Shown here: piece after piece, positions 10,078 to 21,055 of the stretch
How the letters are laid out: the number at the start of each line of letters is the position of its first letter
Numbering within the stretch: position 1 is the stretch's first letter
Origin: an uncultured Negativicutes bacterium
Lineage (GTDB): Bacteria; Bacillota; Negativicutes; JBAXTZ01
Direction of reading: 5' to 3'
Assembly (NCBI GenBank): GCA_963721525.1
Contig: CAVRJL010000003.1
Location: forward strand, 1 to 56,543
DNA: 56,543 nucleotides
Translations under genes and position numbers: made by a program
Notes under the pieces: generated by a model
Told to the model about the DNA's origin: nothing
Databases searched by the model: none
Seen by the model: only the letters and a program-made list of their open reading frames with translations

Positions 10078-10728
10078 TTAGTTTTTAAGTTTTTTTTGTA
10101 TCCTCCACTGTTGAACCACTTGTATAGCATTGCTTGTAATCCAGTATATTCCTACTCCAGCAGCAAAATTATATGTAAACCAACCCATAACTAAAGGCAT
10201 GATATATTTCATTGTTTGTTGAATCTGATGATTATTATCATTTATTTCAGAATTAGCTTTTTCATTTTTCATTTGTGCCGTTGTCCAATATGTAGTAATT
10301 ATTGATAAAATAGCTAAAATAATATTATGTCCCATAGATAAATCACTTATCCATAAAAAAGATGCTCCTCGTAATTCATTAAATCCTGATATAGCCCAGT
10401 AAAGGGCAAATAAAATTGGGCATTGAAACAATAAAGGTAAGCATCCCGTTAAAGGATTAATTTTTTCTGTTTGATATAATTGTGCTATCTCTTTTTGTAA
10501 ACGAACCTTATCTTTCCCAAATTTTTTTTGTATTACTTGTAATTTAGGTTGTACCTTTTGCATAGCGTACATACTTTTCATTTGTTTTATACTTAAAGGA
10601 TAAATTAATAATTTTATTGTTATTGTTAATAAAATTATAGCAATACCCCAATTATGGAATCCAATATAACCAGATATATTGTAATAAAATCTTAATATAT
10701 CTTGCATAAAAACTTCAAGACAAACCAT
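10078..10728 (-). CDS. yidC: Membrane protein insertase YidC (short form)
   Basis: WGIAIILLTITIK, QKVQPK, INPLTGCLPLLFQCPI, GVGIYWITSN; start at ATG 10728 after GGAGG. Confidence 0.96.
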   Translation of the reverse strand: MVCLEVFMQDILRFYYNISGYIGFHNWGIAIILLTITIKLLIYPLSIKQMKSMYAMQKVQPKLQVIQKKFGKDKVRLQKEIAQLYQTEKINPLTGCLPLLFQCPILFALYWAISGFNELRGASFLWISDLSMGHNIILAILSIITTYWTTAQMKNEKANSEINDNNHQIQQTMKYIMPLVMGWFTYNFAAGVGIYWITSNAIQVVQQWRIQKKLKN

Positions 10729-10753
10729 TAATCCTCCAAATTTATTAAAAAAG

Positions 10754-10960
10754 CTAAGCAGGATCATATCCTCCTTTAAAAAATGGATTACAACGACATA
10801 TCCTCCAAAGTAATTTAATTAAACCTTTTCTTAAACCATATTTTTCAATTATTTCTATAGCATATTCTGAACAACTGGGAATATATCGACAGCTTGGGTT
10901 TTTAAAAATCAATGTAGTTTTTTTATAAAATTCAATTATTTTTATTACAAGCTTTATCAT
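10754..10960 (-). CDS. yidD: Membrane protein insertion efficiency factor YidD
   Basis: CRYIPSCSEYA, RICRCNPFFKGGYDP. Confidence 0.96.
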   Translation of the reverse strand: MIKLVIKIIEFYKKTTLIFKNPSCRYIPSCSEYAIEIIEKYGLRKGLIKLLWRICRCNPFFKGGYDPA

Positions 10961-11309
10961 TAATAAAAGACCTCGATTTATAAAATATATCTAATAGAGA
11001 TTTTTGTATGTCTTGCATTTTTACGTTTAAAGCGATTTTCCGACCTATCATAATAATGTTTAAGTTTTTTTTTATTTTCTTTTGATTTAATCTAAAAGCT
11101 TCTTTCAATAATCTTTTAATTCTATTTCGATTATGAGCTTTTGCTATCTTTTTACTCATAACAAAACCTACTTTTAGTTGATCGTCTTTTCTTTTAGAAA
11201 TATGTGCTATTAAATATTTATCATAATATATTTTAGCCTCCTTATAAACTTTTTTAAATTCGTAAGGTTTTTGTAGTCTTTGTCCCTTTGTTAAAGTAAA
11301 TTGTTTCAA
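10932..11309 (-). CDS. rnpA: Ribonuclease P protein component
   Basis: RL...EFKKVY, VGFVMSKKIAKAHNRNRIKRLLKE; TTG start after GAGG. Confidence 0.96.
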   Translation of the reverse strand: MKQFTLTKGQRLQKPYEFKKVYKEAKIYYDKYLIAHISKRKDDQLKVGFVMSKKIAKAHNRNRIKRLLKEAFRLNQKKIKKNLNIIMIGRKIALNVKMQDIQKSLLDIFYKSRSFINDKACNKNN

Positions 11310-11350
11310 TTAAATTCCTCTTTTAAAATTAAATTTGAGAAGAAAAAAAT

Positions 11351-11370
11351 AAGACCGTTTTAACGGTCTT
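11351..11370 (-). terminator. Hairpin between rpmH and rnpA
   Basis: AAGACCGTT-tt-AACGGTCTT followed by a U-run on the minus strand. Confidence 0.7.
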
Positions 11371-11505
11371 TTATGCCGAAAGTTTTTTTCTACCTTTAGC
11401 TCGTCTTCTTTTAAGTATTATTTGACCCCCTAAAGTACTCATTCTCTCACGAAAGCCGTGTGTGCGTTTACGCCACAAATTATTTGGCTGAAAAGTTCTT
11501 TTCAT
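11371..11505 (-). CDS. rpmH: 50S ribosomal protein L34 (not in the ORF track)
   Basis: Manual translation [44 protein letters not shown]. Confidence 0.98.
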   Translation of the reverse strand: MKRTFQPNNLWRKRTHGFRERMSTLGGQIILKRRRAKGRKKLSA

Positions 11506-11545
11506 TTTATATACCTCTTATACACAACATATAAAAACTTTTGGA

Positions 11546-11579
11546 TATATTGCACATTTTTGTAAAAATATGCAATATA
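11546..11579. repeat. 16-bp inverted repeat (1 mismatch, 2-nt spacer)
   Basis: TATATTGCACATTTTT-gt-AAAAATATGCAATATA. Confidence 0.85.
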
Positions 11580-11606
11580 GAATTATACAGAATTGATAAC
11601 GAATAA

Positions 11607-11635
11607 ATTATAAATACCTTATTTTATCATGTCAA
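11607..11635 (-). promoter_or_regulatory. Consensus sigmaA promoter for the rpmH operon
   Basis: Perfect TTGACA-17nt-TATAAT on the minus strand. Confidence 0.85.
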
Positions 11636-11685
11636 GGAAAAGTATTTTTATTTTTTTGGCTAAATATATTCTGTTTTCTACTTTC

Positions 11686-11729
11686 TTGATAATTCATAAA
11701 TAATTTGATATTATTTGTGAATTATCACA
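11686..11729 (+). promoter_or_regulatory. Former dnaA promoter (now likely driving dnaN), followed by degenerate DnaA boxes
   Basis: TTGATA-17nt-TATTAT with extended -10 TG; then TGTGAATTATCACA, resembling overlapping decayed TGTGAATAA/TTATCCACA. Confidence 0.55.
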
Positions 11730-11789
11730 TTTTTAAAAAACTAAAAAAATCGATACATTTTTAGAAGAAATTAAGATAAATAATATTAA

Positions 11790-12100
11790 AAATAATTTAA
11801 ATTTTGAATACTTTTTGAGCATTTTACTATAGGTAATTTTAATAGATCCACTTATTCTATCACTAGTGCAATTGTAGAATCAACCGTTTAATAAATATTT
11901 TATGGATAGATGATATTCAATTTTTAGCAAATAAAAAATCTACATAACCAGATTGTTGTATCAAGTAACCTTCCACCGAAAAAATTTCAATTTTTTAAAA
12001 TCTATATTTGTATCTAAAAATATTATTAATAACGTAAAAAAAACTAAAAGAAGATTTTACTATAGTAATCGCCTATTCTTCTATTAATAAAAAAATATAC
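11790..12100 (+). pseudogene. dnaA: Chromosomal replication initiator DnaA relic
   Basis: Collinear fragments NLNFEY/FEHFTIGNFNRSTYSITSAIVES, NILWIDDIQFLANKKST* (Walker B region), QIVVSSNLPPKK, NVKK/LKEDFTIVIAYSSINKKI; frameshifts and stops; Walker A and domain IV deleted. Confidence 0.93.
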
Positions 12101-12249
12101 AATATAATATGTAAATAAAAATACTTTTTCAGGAAAAACTTTTACACATTTTATAAATAACTTTTAAATAAATCTAAATTTCGATTTTTATAACTTATGC
12201 ACATTTTCTATATCTACTACCTTATCTTAATTAAAGAAAGGATACTAAA

Positions 12250-13368
12250 ATGCAATTTATATGCTTAAAAAACGAAATAAATAATATACTACAAATTGTT
12301 CAAAAATTTATTTCGTCTAAGCCTGGTAAACTTCCTATTTTAAGTGGAATATATTTATTTGCGGAAAATGATAATTTTTTAACTATACAAGCTTCAAATT
12401 ATGAATTTGCCATAAATACTAAGATAAAGGCTAACGTCGAAATTAGTGGTAGAGCAGTTGTTTTCGGTAAATTTTTAATTGATATCTTAAAAAAAAATCC
12501 AGGTGATGAAATTAGTTTTAAATTAATAGATGAAAATAAAAAGATTCGCATAAAATCCAATTATTCACAATTTACTTTGTTAACAATGCAACCTGAAGAA
12601 TTTCCCATTATAAAACCATTTTTATCTAATAATTTTTTAAAGATAAAAAGTAATGAATTAAAAAATATAATAAAAAAAACTACTTTTGCTTGCTCACAAG
12701 ATGAAGGAAGACCATTATTTACAGGATGTTTATTAGAAATAGAAAAAGGAAAAATGAATGTTGTTTCAACTGACACCCATAGAATGGCAATAACAACTAT
12801 AAATTCTATTAATAGTATGGATAGTGTAAGTATAATTATACCTTCTAAAATATTTAATGAAATAGGTCGTATATTATCGTTAGTTAGAGAACAAGAGGTA
12901 TGTATCTCATGGCAAAGAAATGAAATATCTTTCTCTTTTGGGGACGTATATATAAAATCTCGTTTGTTAGATGGTAAATTCCCTGATTATAATAATGTCG
13001 TACCTAACGAATATGTTCTTACAGCCAAAATAAATAAAAATGAAATCGAAGGAGCAGTAGAAAGAGTTTCTCTATTATCTTCAGGATTGTATAATATAGT
13101 AAAAATGTCTATTGCACAAAATAATATAACTGTTTCAACCAATAATCCTGATATAGGTATGGCTACTGAAGTAGTTTCCGCTGATATAATAGGAAAAAGT
13201 ATAGAAATAACGTTTAATTCTAGATATATTCTAGATATATTGAAACATATTGAAAGCACTGAAGTTACATTTAAACTTAGCGGAGAAAATTCTGCTGCTT
13301 TGATAGAAAATGTAACTGATTCTAATTATAAATATGTTTTGACTCCAATAAGAACTAATCAAATTTAA
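12250..13368 (+). CDS. dnaN: DNA polymerase III beta sliding clamp
   Basis: LPILSGI, EEFP, DEGRPLFTG, STDTHRM, SRLLDGKFPDY, FNSRYILD, YVLTPIR. Confidence 0.98.
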   Translation: MQFICLKNEINNILQIVQKFISSKPGKLPILSGIYLFAENDNFLTIQASNYEFAINTKIKANVEISGRAVVFGKFLIDILKKNPGDEISFKLIDENKKIRIKSNYSQFTLLTMQPEEFPIIKPFLSNNFLKIKSNELKNIIKKTTFACSQDEGRPLFTGCLLEIEKGKMNVVSTDTHRMAITTINSINSMDSVSIIIPSKIFNEIGRILSLVREQEVCISWQRNEISFSFGDVYIKSRLLDGKFPDYNNVVPNEYVLTAKINKNEIEGAVERVSLLSSGLYNIVKMSIAQNNITVSTNNPDIGMATEVVSADIIGKSIEITFNSRYILDILKHIESTEVTFKLSGENSAALIENVTDSNYKYVLTPIRTNQI

Positions 13369-13385
13369 TTAGCGTAAGGATTTTT

Positions 13386-14483
13386 ATGTACGTACGCAAA
13401 ATTCATTTGTTAAACTATAGAAACTATAAAGACCAAAAATTAGAGTTAGATAAAAATATTAACTTATTTATAAGCCCCAATGCTCAAGGAAAAACTAATA
13501 TTTTAGAGTCTTTATATATATTATCTACAGGATTTTCACATCGTGTTTTAGATATTAAAAATTGTATAAATTTTGAAAAAAAAATTTCTATTATTGAAGC
13601 TTATTATGTAAAAAATAACATAGAAAAGAAAATAAAATATTTAATTGATACACAATTAAAAAATAAAATTTATATTAATAATAATTTACTTAAAAGTAAT
13701 GAAATCATAGGAAAGTTAACTACTGTATTTTTCTGTCCGGAAGACTTACTAATGACAAAAGGTTCACCTAAACTAAGACGTAAATTTTTAGATAATGAAA
13801 TATCTCAGGCAAATAAACTTTATTATAAAAATTTACTAAAATTTAATAAAATTTTATTTCAACGTAATTCAATGTTAAAAAATATAGGTTTAAAAAAGAG
13901 CAACAAAGAATTATTAATTGAATGGGATAAACAATTTATAATTATAGCAAGCAATATACTTAAAAAAAGGATTGAAACTTTGAAAAGAATTTCTATGTTG
14001 ACAAATCTTCTACATAGAAAACTAACAAATGGTCGAGAAAATATTGTGTTAAAATATAAAATTTTTGGTATCGACACAGAAGAAATTAAAAATGATATAG
14101 AACCTTGGTATGAGGAAACATTAAAAAAGAATACAGAAGCAGACATAATTAAAGGGACTACATCAATTGGTCCACAAAAAGATGATTTTAATATTCTAAT
14201 AAATGGAAAAGATAGTAAGTTTTTTGGTTCTCAAGGACAACAAAGAACTTGTATTTTAGCTTTAAAATTAGCTGAGATAGAATTTATAAGATCAGAAACA
14301 GGAGATCCTCCCATATTGTTATTAGATGATGTTATGAGTGAACTTGACGAGGAAAGAAGAAATTTATTATTAGATTATATTAAGGGAAAAGTTCAATCAT
14401 TGATTACTGCTACAGATAAAAGCTATTTTTATAATTTGCACAACATAAAAATATTTAATGTAAATAGCGGAAAGATTTTTTAA
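13386..14483 (+). CDS. recF: DNA replication/repair protein RecF
   Basis: NYRNY, PNAQGKTNILE, FGSQGQQRT, LLLDDVMSELD. Confidence 0.97.
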   Translation: MYVRKIHLLNYRNYKDQKLELDKNINLFISPNAQGKTNILESLYILSTGFSHRVLDIKNCINFEKKISIIEAYYVKNNIEKKIKYLIDTQLKNKIYINNNLLKSNEIIGKLTTVFFCPEDLLMTKGSPKLRRKFLDNEISQANKLYYKNLLKFNKILFQRNSMLKNIGLKKSNKELLIEWDKQFIIIASNILKKRIETLKRISMLTNLLHRKLTNGRENIVLKYKIFGIDTEEIKNDIEPWYEETLKKNTEADIIKGTTSIGPQKDDFNILINGKDSKFFGSQGQQRTCILALKLAEIEFIRSETGDPPILLLDDVMSELDEERRNLLLDYIKGKVQSLITATDKSYFYNLHNIKIFNVNSGKIF

Positions 14484-14498
14484 AATATATAAAATGAT

Positions 14499-15047
14499 AT
14501 GAATAATATTAACAATGTAATTATAAAAAAAATCAATAACTACAAATTAAACGAATCTTATATATTGTTTTTATTGCGTAAAAATTGGTTTCATATAATA
14601 GGGGAAAAAAATTCAACGCATTCTTCACCTGAAAAAATCATTAAAAATTACTTATTTGTCAATGTAGATTCATCAACATGGGCGAATGAGTTTTACTTTT
14701 TAAAAGAAGAAATTTTAGAGAAAATACATATTGTATTAAAAAAAAATATAGTTAAAAAAATTTTTTTTAAAGTGGGAATGATAAAACAATTAGATAGTAC
14801 TGAGAAAAAAAATAAATTTAAGGTAATTATAGACAATTTTGAAATATCTGTAAAAGAAACTTTAAAAATAAATAATTTTTTAAACAAACTTTGTAATAAA
14901 GATATTCAAAAAAAAGCAGAAAATATTTTAAAAATAGGTATAAAATTGAATTCTATAAAGAAAGTTCTAGGGTGGTATAAATGCTTAAAATGTGATTCTT
15001 TAATACAAAAAGGAGAATATTGTTTTATTTGTTCATCAAAACATTAA
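14499..15047 (+). CDS. DUF721/DciA-like protein with C-terminal CxxC..CxxC
   Basis: W..IIGE...HSSP.....LFVNVDSSTWANE; position between recF and gyrB; CLKC...CFIC. Confidence 0.8.
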   Translation: MNNINNVIIKKINNYKLNESYILFLLRKNWFHIIGEKNSTHSSPEKIIKNYLFVNVDSSTWANEFYFLKEEILEKIHIVLKKNIVKKIFFKVGMIKQLDSTEKKNKFKVIIDNFEISVKETLKINNFLNKLCNKDIQKKAENILKIGIKLNSIKKVLGWYKCLKCDSLIQKGEYCFICSSKH

Positions 15048-15155
15048 AAAGTTATTTAACTATTTGCAATAAATACTTTGACTATAGTATGATAAAATTT
15101 TTAAAGCATACTAATCAAAGAAAAGTATTTTCGAAGAAGAGCATAAATTTTCAAT

Positions 15156-15191
15156 ATTGAATTTAGATACAAAATTGAATTTAGATACAAA
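15156..15191. repeat. Tandem duplication, 18 bp x2
   Basis: ATTGAATTTAGATACAAA twice, in the spacer where remB/DUF370 usually lies. Confidence 0.9.
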
Positions 15192-15274
15192 AAATCATAA
15201 AAATAATGGTAGATTGTCTAAATCTAGCAATGTTACCATATCAAATAGTATCTGATAAAGTTATTAATGATTAA

Positions 15275-17248
<1,974 letters not shown>

Positions 17249-17326
17249 ATAGTAAATTTATTGTAAATATCATAGCCATTTTTCAGATGGTAAGATAGTA
17301 ATATAAATTATAAAAAGGAGTTTAAA

Positions 17327-17908
17327 ATGACCATAATAGTAATTTTTATTACAATTTTTATTATTATTTTAACATTTATTTTAAATAAAAAAAACAAATT
17401 TTCTTCTAAAGAAATTACAAGGATAGCAATAGCTGTAGCTTTATGGATTGTTTTAGATATCTTCCCTGTATATCGTTTTCCTCATGGAGGAAGTGTTACT
17501 TTAGGGAAAATGACAATTATTTTTTTATTAGCAAATATAATTGGTGTACCTAAAACTTTATTTGCTGGATCTTTAATTGGTTTAATTAATTTTATTTTAA
17601 ATCCTTTTATAGTACATCCTATACAAGTATTATTAGATTATCCATTAGCTTGTATGGTATTATCATTAAGCGGTTTTTTCCCTAAAAAAAAGTTTATAGG
17701 ATCATCAATAGCTATTTTAGGTAAATTTTTTTTTCATTTTCTTTCTGGAATTTTATTTTTTTCGTCTTATGCTCCTTTAGGAGTATCAGCTTGTTATTAT
17801 TCATTTTATATAAACGGTTTATTTATGAGTGTAGAAGGAGGAATAGCAATAATAATTTATTTATTATTGCCTGAAAGTTTTTATACGTCTATAAAAATAA
17901 AAACGTAA
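17327..17908 (+). CDS. thiT: ECF S-component, thiamine transporter ThiT family
   Basis: Hydrophobic; P.GGSVT, P.IVHPIQVLLDYPLA, HFLSGILFF.SYAP, YSFYING. Confidence 0.85.
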   Translation: MTIIVIFITIFIIILTFILNKKNKFSSKEITRIAIAVALWIVLDIFPVYRFPHGGSVTLGKMTIIFLLANIIGVPKTLFAGSLIGLINFILNPFIVHPIQVLLDYPLACMVLSLSGFFPKKKFIGSSIAILGKFFFHFLSGILFFSSYAPLGVSACYYSFYINGLFMSVEGGIAIIIYLLLPESFYTSIKIKT

Positions 17909-17943
17909 TAAAGTTTAATTATTATAAATGAGGTATAAGAAAA

Positions 17944-18495
17944 GTGATAAAAAAAAGACTAAAGGAGCATATAGAACTTATCAAAATATTAGAAAAAACA
18001 AATATCGAAAAAAGTATAACTAAAGTTGCGAAAATATGTAAAATGGCTTTAAAAAACAAAAATAAAATTTTGCTTTGTGGGAACGGAGGAAGCGCGGCTG
18101 ATAGCCAACATTTAGCAGCAGAAATAGTGGGAAGATTTTTAAAAGAAAGAACAGGCCTCCCTGCGATAGCGTTAACTGCAGATACCTCTATATTAACGGC
18201 GATAAGCAATGATTATGGCTATGAATTTATTTTTGAAAGACAAGTTGAGGCTTTATGCAATAATAATGATGTAATTTTTGGATTTTCCACTTCAGGAAGT
18301 AGTGAAAATATTATTAAAGCGTTGATAAAAGCAAAAGAAAAAGGTGCCGTTACTGTTGGTATGTCTGGTAAAAATGGGGGTAAATTAAAAAATATTTGTG
18401 ATAATCTTATAAATGTTCCTTCTGAAAATACGGCTCGGATACAAGAAGCACATATGTTAATAGCCCATATTATTTGTGAAATGCTTGACGAGTAG
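17944..18495 (+). CDS. gmhA: Sedoheptulose 7-phosphate isomerase
   Basis: [36 protein letters not shown]. Confidence 0.97.
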   Translation: MIKKRLKEHIELIKILEKTNIEKSITKVAKICKMALKNKNKILLCGNGGSAADSQHLAAEIVGRFLKERTGLPAIALTADTSILTAISNDYGYEFIFERQVEALCNNNDVIFGFSTSGSSENIIKALIKAKEKGAVTVGMSGKNGGKLKNICDNLINVPSENTARIQEAHMLIAHIICEMLDE

Positions 18496-18533
18496 TTAAA
18501 GATACTTTCTTCTAAACTTAGGAAAGGACTTCT

Positions 18534-19535
18534 ATGTTTATAGATAAAAAATCCGCAAAATACTTTTTTGAAGAAAAATTAAAAACTGTTTCAATACTAG
18601 TTATTGGCGATATAATATTAGATAAATATTATATCGCTGAGGTAAATAGAATTTCACAAGAAGCCCCTGTACCTATAGCTAGAGTTTTAAGGAAAAATAG
18701 TACGCTGGGTGGGGCTGCAAATGTTTGTAATAATTTAGCAAGATTAGGATGTAAAGCTATACTTTGCGGTCTTACAGGAGAGGATGAAAACAGGTCTGAG
18801 CTTTTAAAATTATTAAAAAAGATTAATGTAGATACGGAGGGAGTGTTTATAGACAAAAGAATTACTACAGCTAAAATACGTATAACAAGTCTACAACAAC
18901 AAATGTTAAGGTTAGATTTTGAAGATATTACACCTTTAAAAACAGATTTAATGGATAATATAAAAAAATATTTATTATCATTATTACCCACAACAAAAGG
19001 AGTGATTGTATCTGATTATGGTAAAGGAGTATGCACAGCTCAAATTTGTAGCTTTGTTATAAATGAAGCGAAAAAAAAAGATATTCCAGTTGTAGTTGAT
19101 CCTAAAGGAAACAATTGGTATAAATATTCCCAATGCTATTGCATTACCCCCAATATAAAAGAGTTAGCTGAAGCTATGAGAAAAGTTATAAAAAATAATG
19201 ATAAAGAAATAATTAGACGAGGAATTGAAGCGTTAAAAAAATATAAAATAAAAAATCTGTTAGTTACTCGTTCTGATAAAGGGATGACCTTATTTTTAGC
19301 AAGCAATCAAAAAACTATTCCAACTAGAGCACAAGAAGTTTTTGATGTTTCCGGAGCAGGAGACACGGTAATTGCCGTATTTACTGCAGCAATAGGAGCT
19401 GGATTGAATTCTATTGACGCAGCTGAGTTAGCGAATTTTGCTGCTGGTATAGTAGTTGGTAAAATTGGAACTTACGCAGTTTCTAATACAGAACTGAAAA
19501 ATATTATTTTTAAATTTTTAAAAGAAGGACAATGA
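18534..19535 (+). CDS. rfaE1: D-glycero-beta-D-manno-heptose-7-phosphate kinase (HldE domain I)
   Basis: GDIILD, RISQEAPVP, GGAANV, SDYGKG, EVFDVSGAGDTV. Confidence 0.95.
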   Translation: MFIDKKSAKYFFEEKLKTVSILVIGDIILDKYYIAEVNRISQEAPVPIARVLRKNSTLGGAANVCNNLARLGCKAILCGLTGEDENRSELLKLLKKINVDTEGVFIDKRITTAKIRITSLQQQMLRLDFEDITPLKTDLMDNIKKYLLSLLPTTKGVIVSDYGKGVCTAQICSFVINEAKKKDIPVVVDPKGNNWYKYSQCYCITPNIKELAEAMRKVIKNNDKEIIRRGIEALKKYKIKNLLVTRSDKGMTLFLASNQKTIPTRAQEVFDVSGAGDTVIAVFTAAIGAGLNSIDAAELANFAAGIVVGKIGTYAVSNTELKNIIFKFLKEGQ

Positions 19536-20512
19536 AAATGATAATTGTAACGGGTGGTGCAGGATTTATTGGTTCAAATTTAATTAAAGGTTTAAATGAT
19601 GAAGGATATGAAAATATATTAGTCGTAGATAATCTAAAAGATAATAGTAAATTTAAAAATTTATTGACAGTAAAATATATTGATTTTATTGACAAGAGCG
19701 AATTTAGAAAAAAAATTAATACTGGTTATTTTGAAAAATATAAGATAAAAGCAATATTTCATCAAGGAGCATGCTCAAATACGATGGAGTATAATGGTAA
19801 CTATATGATGGATAATAATTATGAATATAGTAAAGATTTATTACATTTTGCCTTAAGAAAAAAAATTTCCTATATATATGCATCTTCTGCTTCTGTGTAT
19901 GGTTTTGGGAAAAATGGATTTATTGAAAAAACAGAATGCGAACAACCATTAAATATATATGCTTTTTCTAAAAAATCTTTTGATAATTATGTTGGTTGGA
20001 TACAAAAACGAAATATTCAATCTCAGATAATAGGGTTAAGATACTTCAACGTTTTCGGACCGAATGAAGCGCATAAAGGAAAAATGACGTCAATAGTTTA
20101 TCAAATTTACCAACAAATAAAAGATTCAGCTAAAGTAAAGTTATTTAAAGGTATTGATGGATATAATGACGGCGAACAGAAGAGAGATTTTATTTATGTA
20201 AAAGATGTAATCAAAATTAATTTATGGTTTTTTAAAAATCCGCAAATAAGTGGAATATTTAATTGTGGTACTGGAAATGCTCAAAACTTTAACGAAGTTT
20301 CTGAAATAATATGTAAAATATTAAAGAAAGGAGAAATTCAATATATAGATTTTCCTAAAGTTCTTATAGGTAAATATCAAAATTATACTCAGGCAGATAT
20401 GAGAAAAACAGAAGAAGTTGGATTGGATTATAAAGAAAAAATCATCTCATTAGAACAAGCTATACAAGAGTATTGTTTTCTTTTAGAAACGAACGGAGGA
20501 TTTTTATATTAA
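19532..20512 (+). CDS. hldD: ADP-L-glycero-D-manno-heptose 6-epimerase
   Basis: MIIVTGGAGFIGSN, FHQGACSNT, YASSASVYG, GLRYFNVFGPNEAHKG, KYQNYTQAD. Confidence 0.96.
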   Translation: MKMIIVTGGAGFIGSNLIKGLNDEGYENILVVDNLKDNSKFKNLLTVKYIDFIDKSEFRKKINTGYFEKYKIKAIFHQGACSNTMEYNGNYMMDNNYEYSKDLLHFALRKKISYIYASSASVYGFGKNGFIEKTECEQPLNIYAFSKKSFDNYVGWIQKRNIQSQIIGLRYFNVFGPNEAHKGKMTSIVYQIYQQIKDSAKVKLFKGIDGYNDGEQKRDFIYVKDVIKINLWFFKNPQISGIFNCGTGNAQNFNEVSEIICKILKKGEIQYIDFPKVLIGKYQNYTQADMRKTEEVGLDYKEKIISLEQAIQEYCFLLETNGGFLY

Positions 20513-21050
20513 AACTAAAAAAACTATATTTTTTGATAGAGATGGAACTTTAAATAAAGATAAAGGTTATATTTATAAGAGGAACGAATTTGAATGGTTA
20601 CCTGGAGCGAAAGATGTTATAAAATGGTGCAACAATAATAATTATCTAGTTATTATTGTTACAAATCAAAGTGGTATAGCGAGAGGATTTTATAAAGAAG
20701 AAGATGTAAAAAATTTGCATATATGGATAAATGAGCAGCTTCTTTTAAATAATTCTCGAATTGATGCTTTTTATTATTGTCCTCATTTTTTTAAGGGAAC
20801 TGTAAAAAAATATTCTTATGAATGTAATTGTCGTAAACCAAAACCTGGGATGCTGATAAAAGCAATAAAAAAATTTGGTATAGATACGAAAAAATCAGTG
20901 ATGTTTGGAGATAATGAGACAGATATTAAAGCTGCTCGCAATGCTAAAATTAAGGGGATATTTGTAAAAAAAAATACTGGTTTCGAAAAAATTGAAGATT
21001 TTATTACTAAAATATTTACTAAAAAAATTGGTGGGGAAGACCTATCTTGA
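20508..21050 (+). CDS. gmhB: D,D-heptose 1,7-bisphosphate phosphatase; probable ATT start
   Basis: Frame extends upstream of the tracked ORF to FFDRDGTLN, VTNQSGIARG, YYCPH, CRKPKPGM, GD; in-frame TAG at 20484; ATT at 20508 lies 7 nt after GGAGGA. Confidence 0.9.
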   Translation: MKTKKTIFFDRDGTLNKDKGYIYKRNEFEWLPGAKDVIKWCNNNNYLVIIVTNQSGIARGFYKEEDVKNLHIWINEQLLLNNSRIDAFYYCPHFFKGTVKKYSYECNCRKPKPGMLIKAIKKFGIDTKKSVMFGDNETDIKAARNAKIKGIFVKKNTGFEKIEDFITKIFTKKIGGEDLS

Positions 21051-21055
21051 TTGAA

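Larger units (their letters stand above)
11506..12249. other. Ancestral oriC region
   Basis: Between rpmH and dnaN; gene orientation flips here; TTWTNCACA matches at 11518-11526, 12140-12148 and 12195-12203; AT-rich. Confidence 0.75.
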
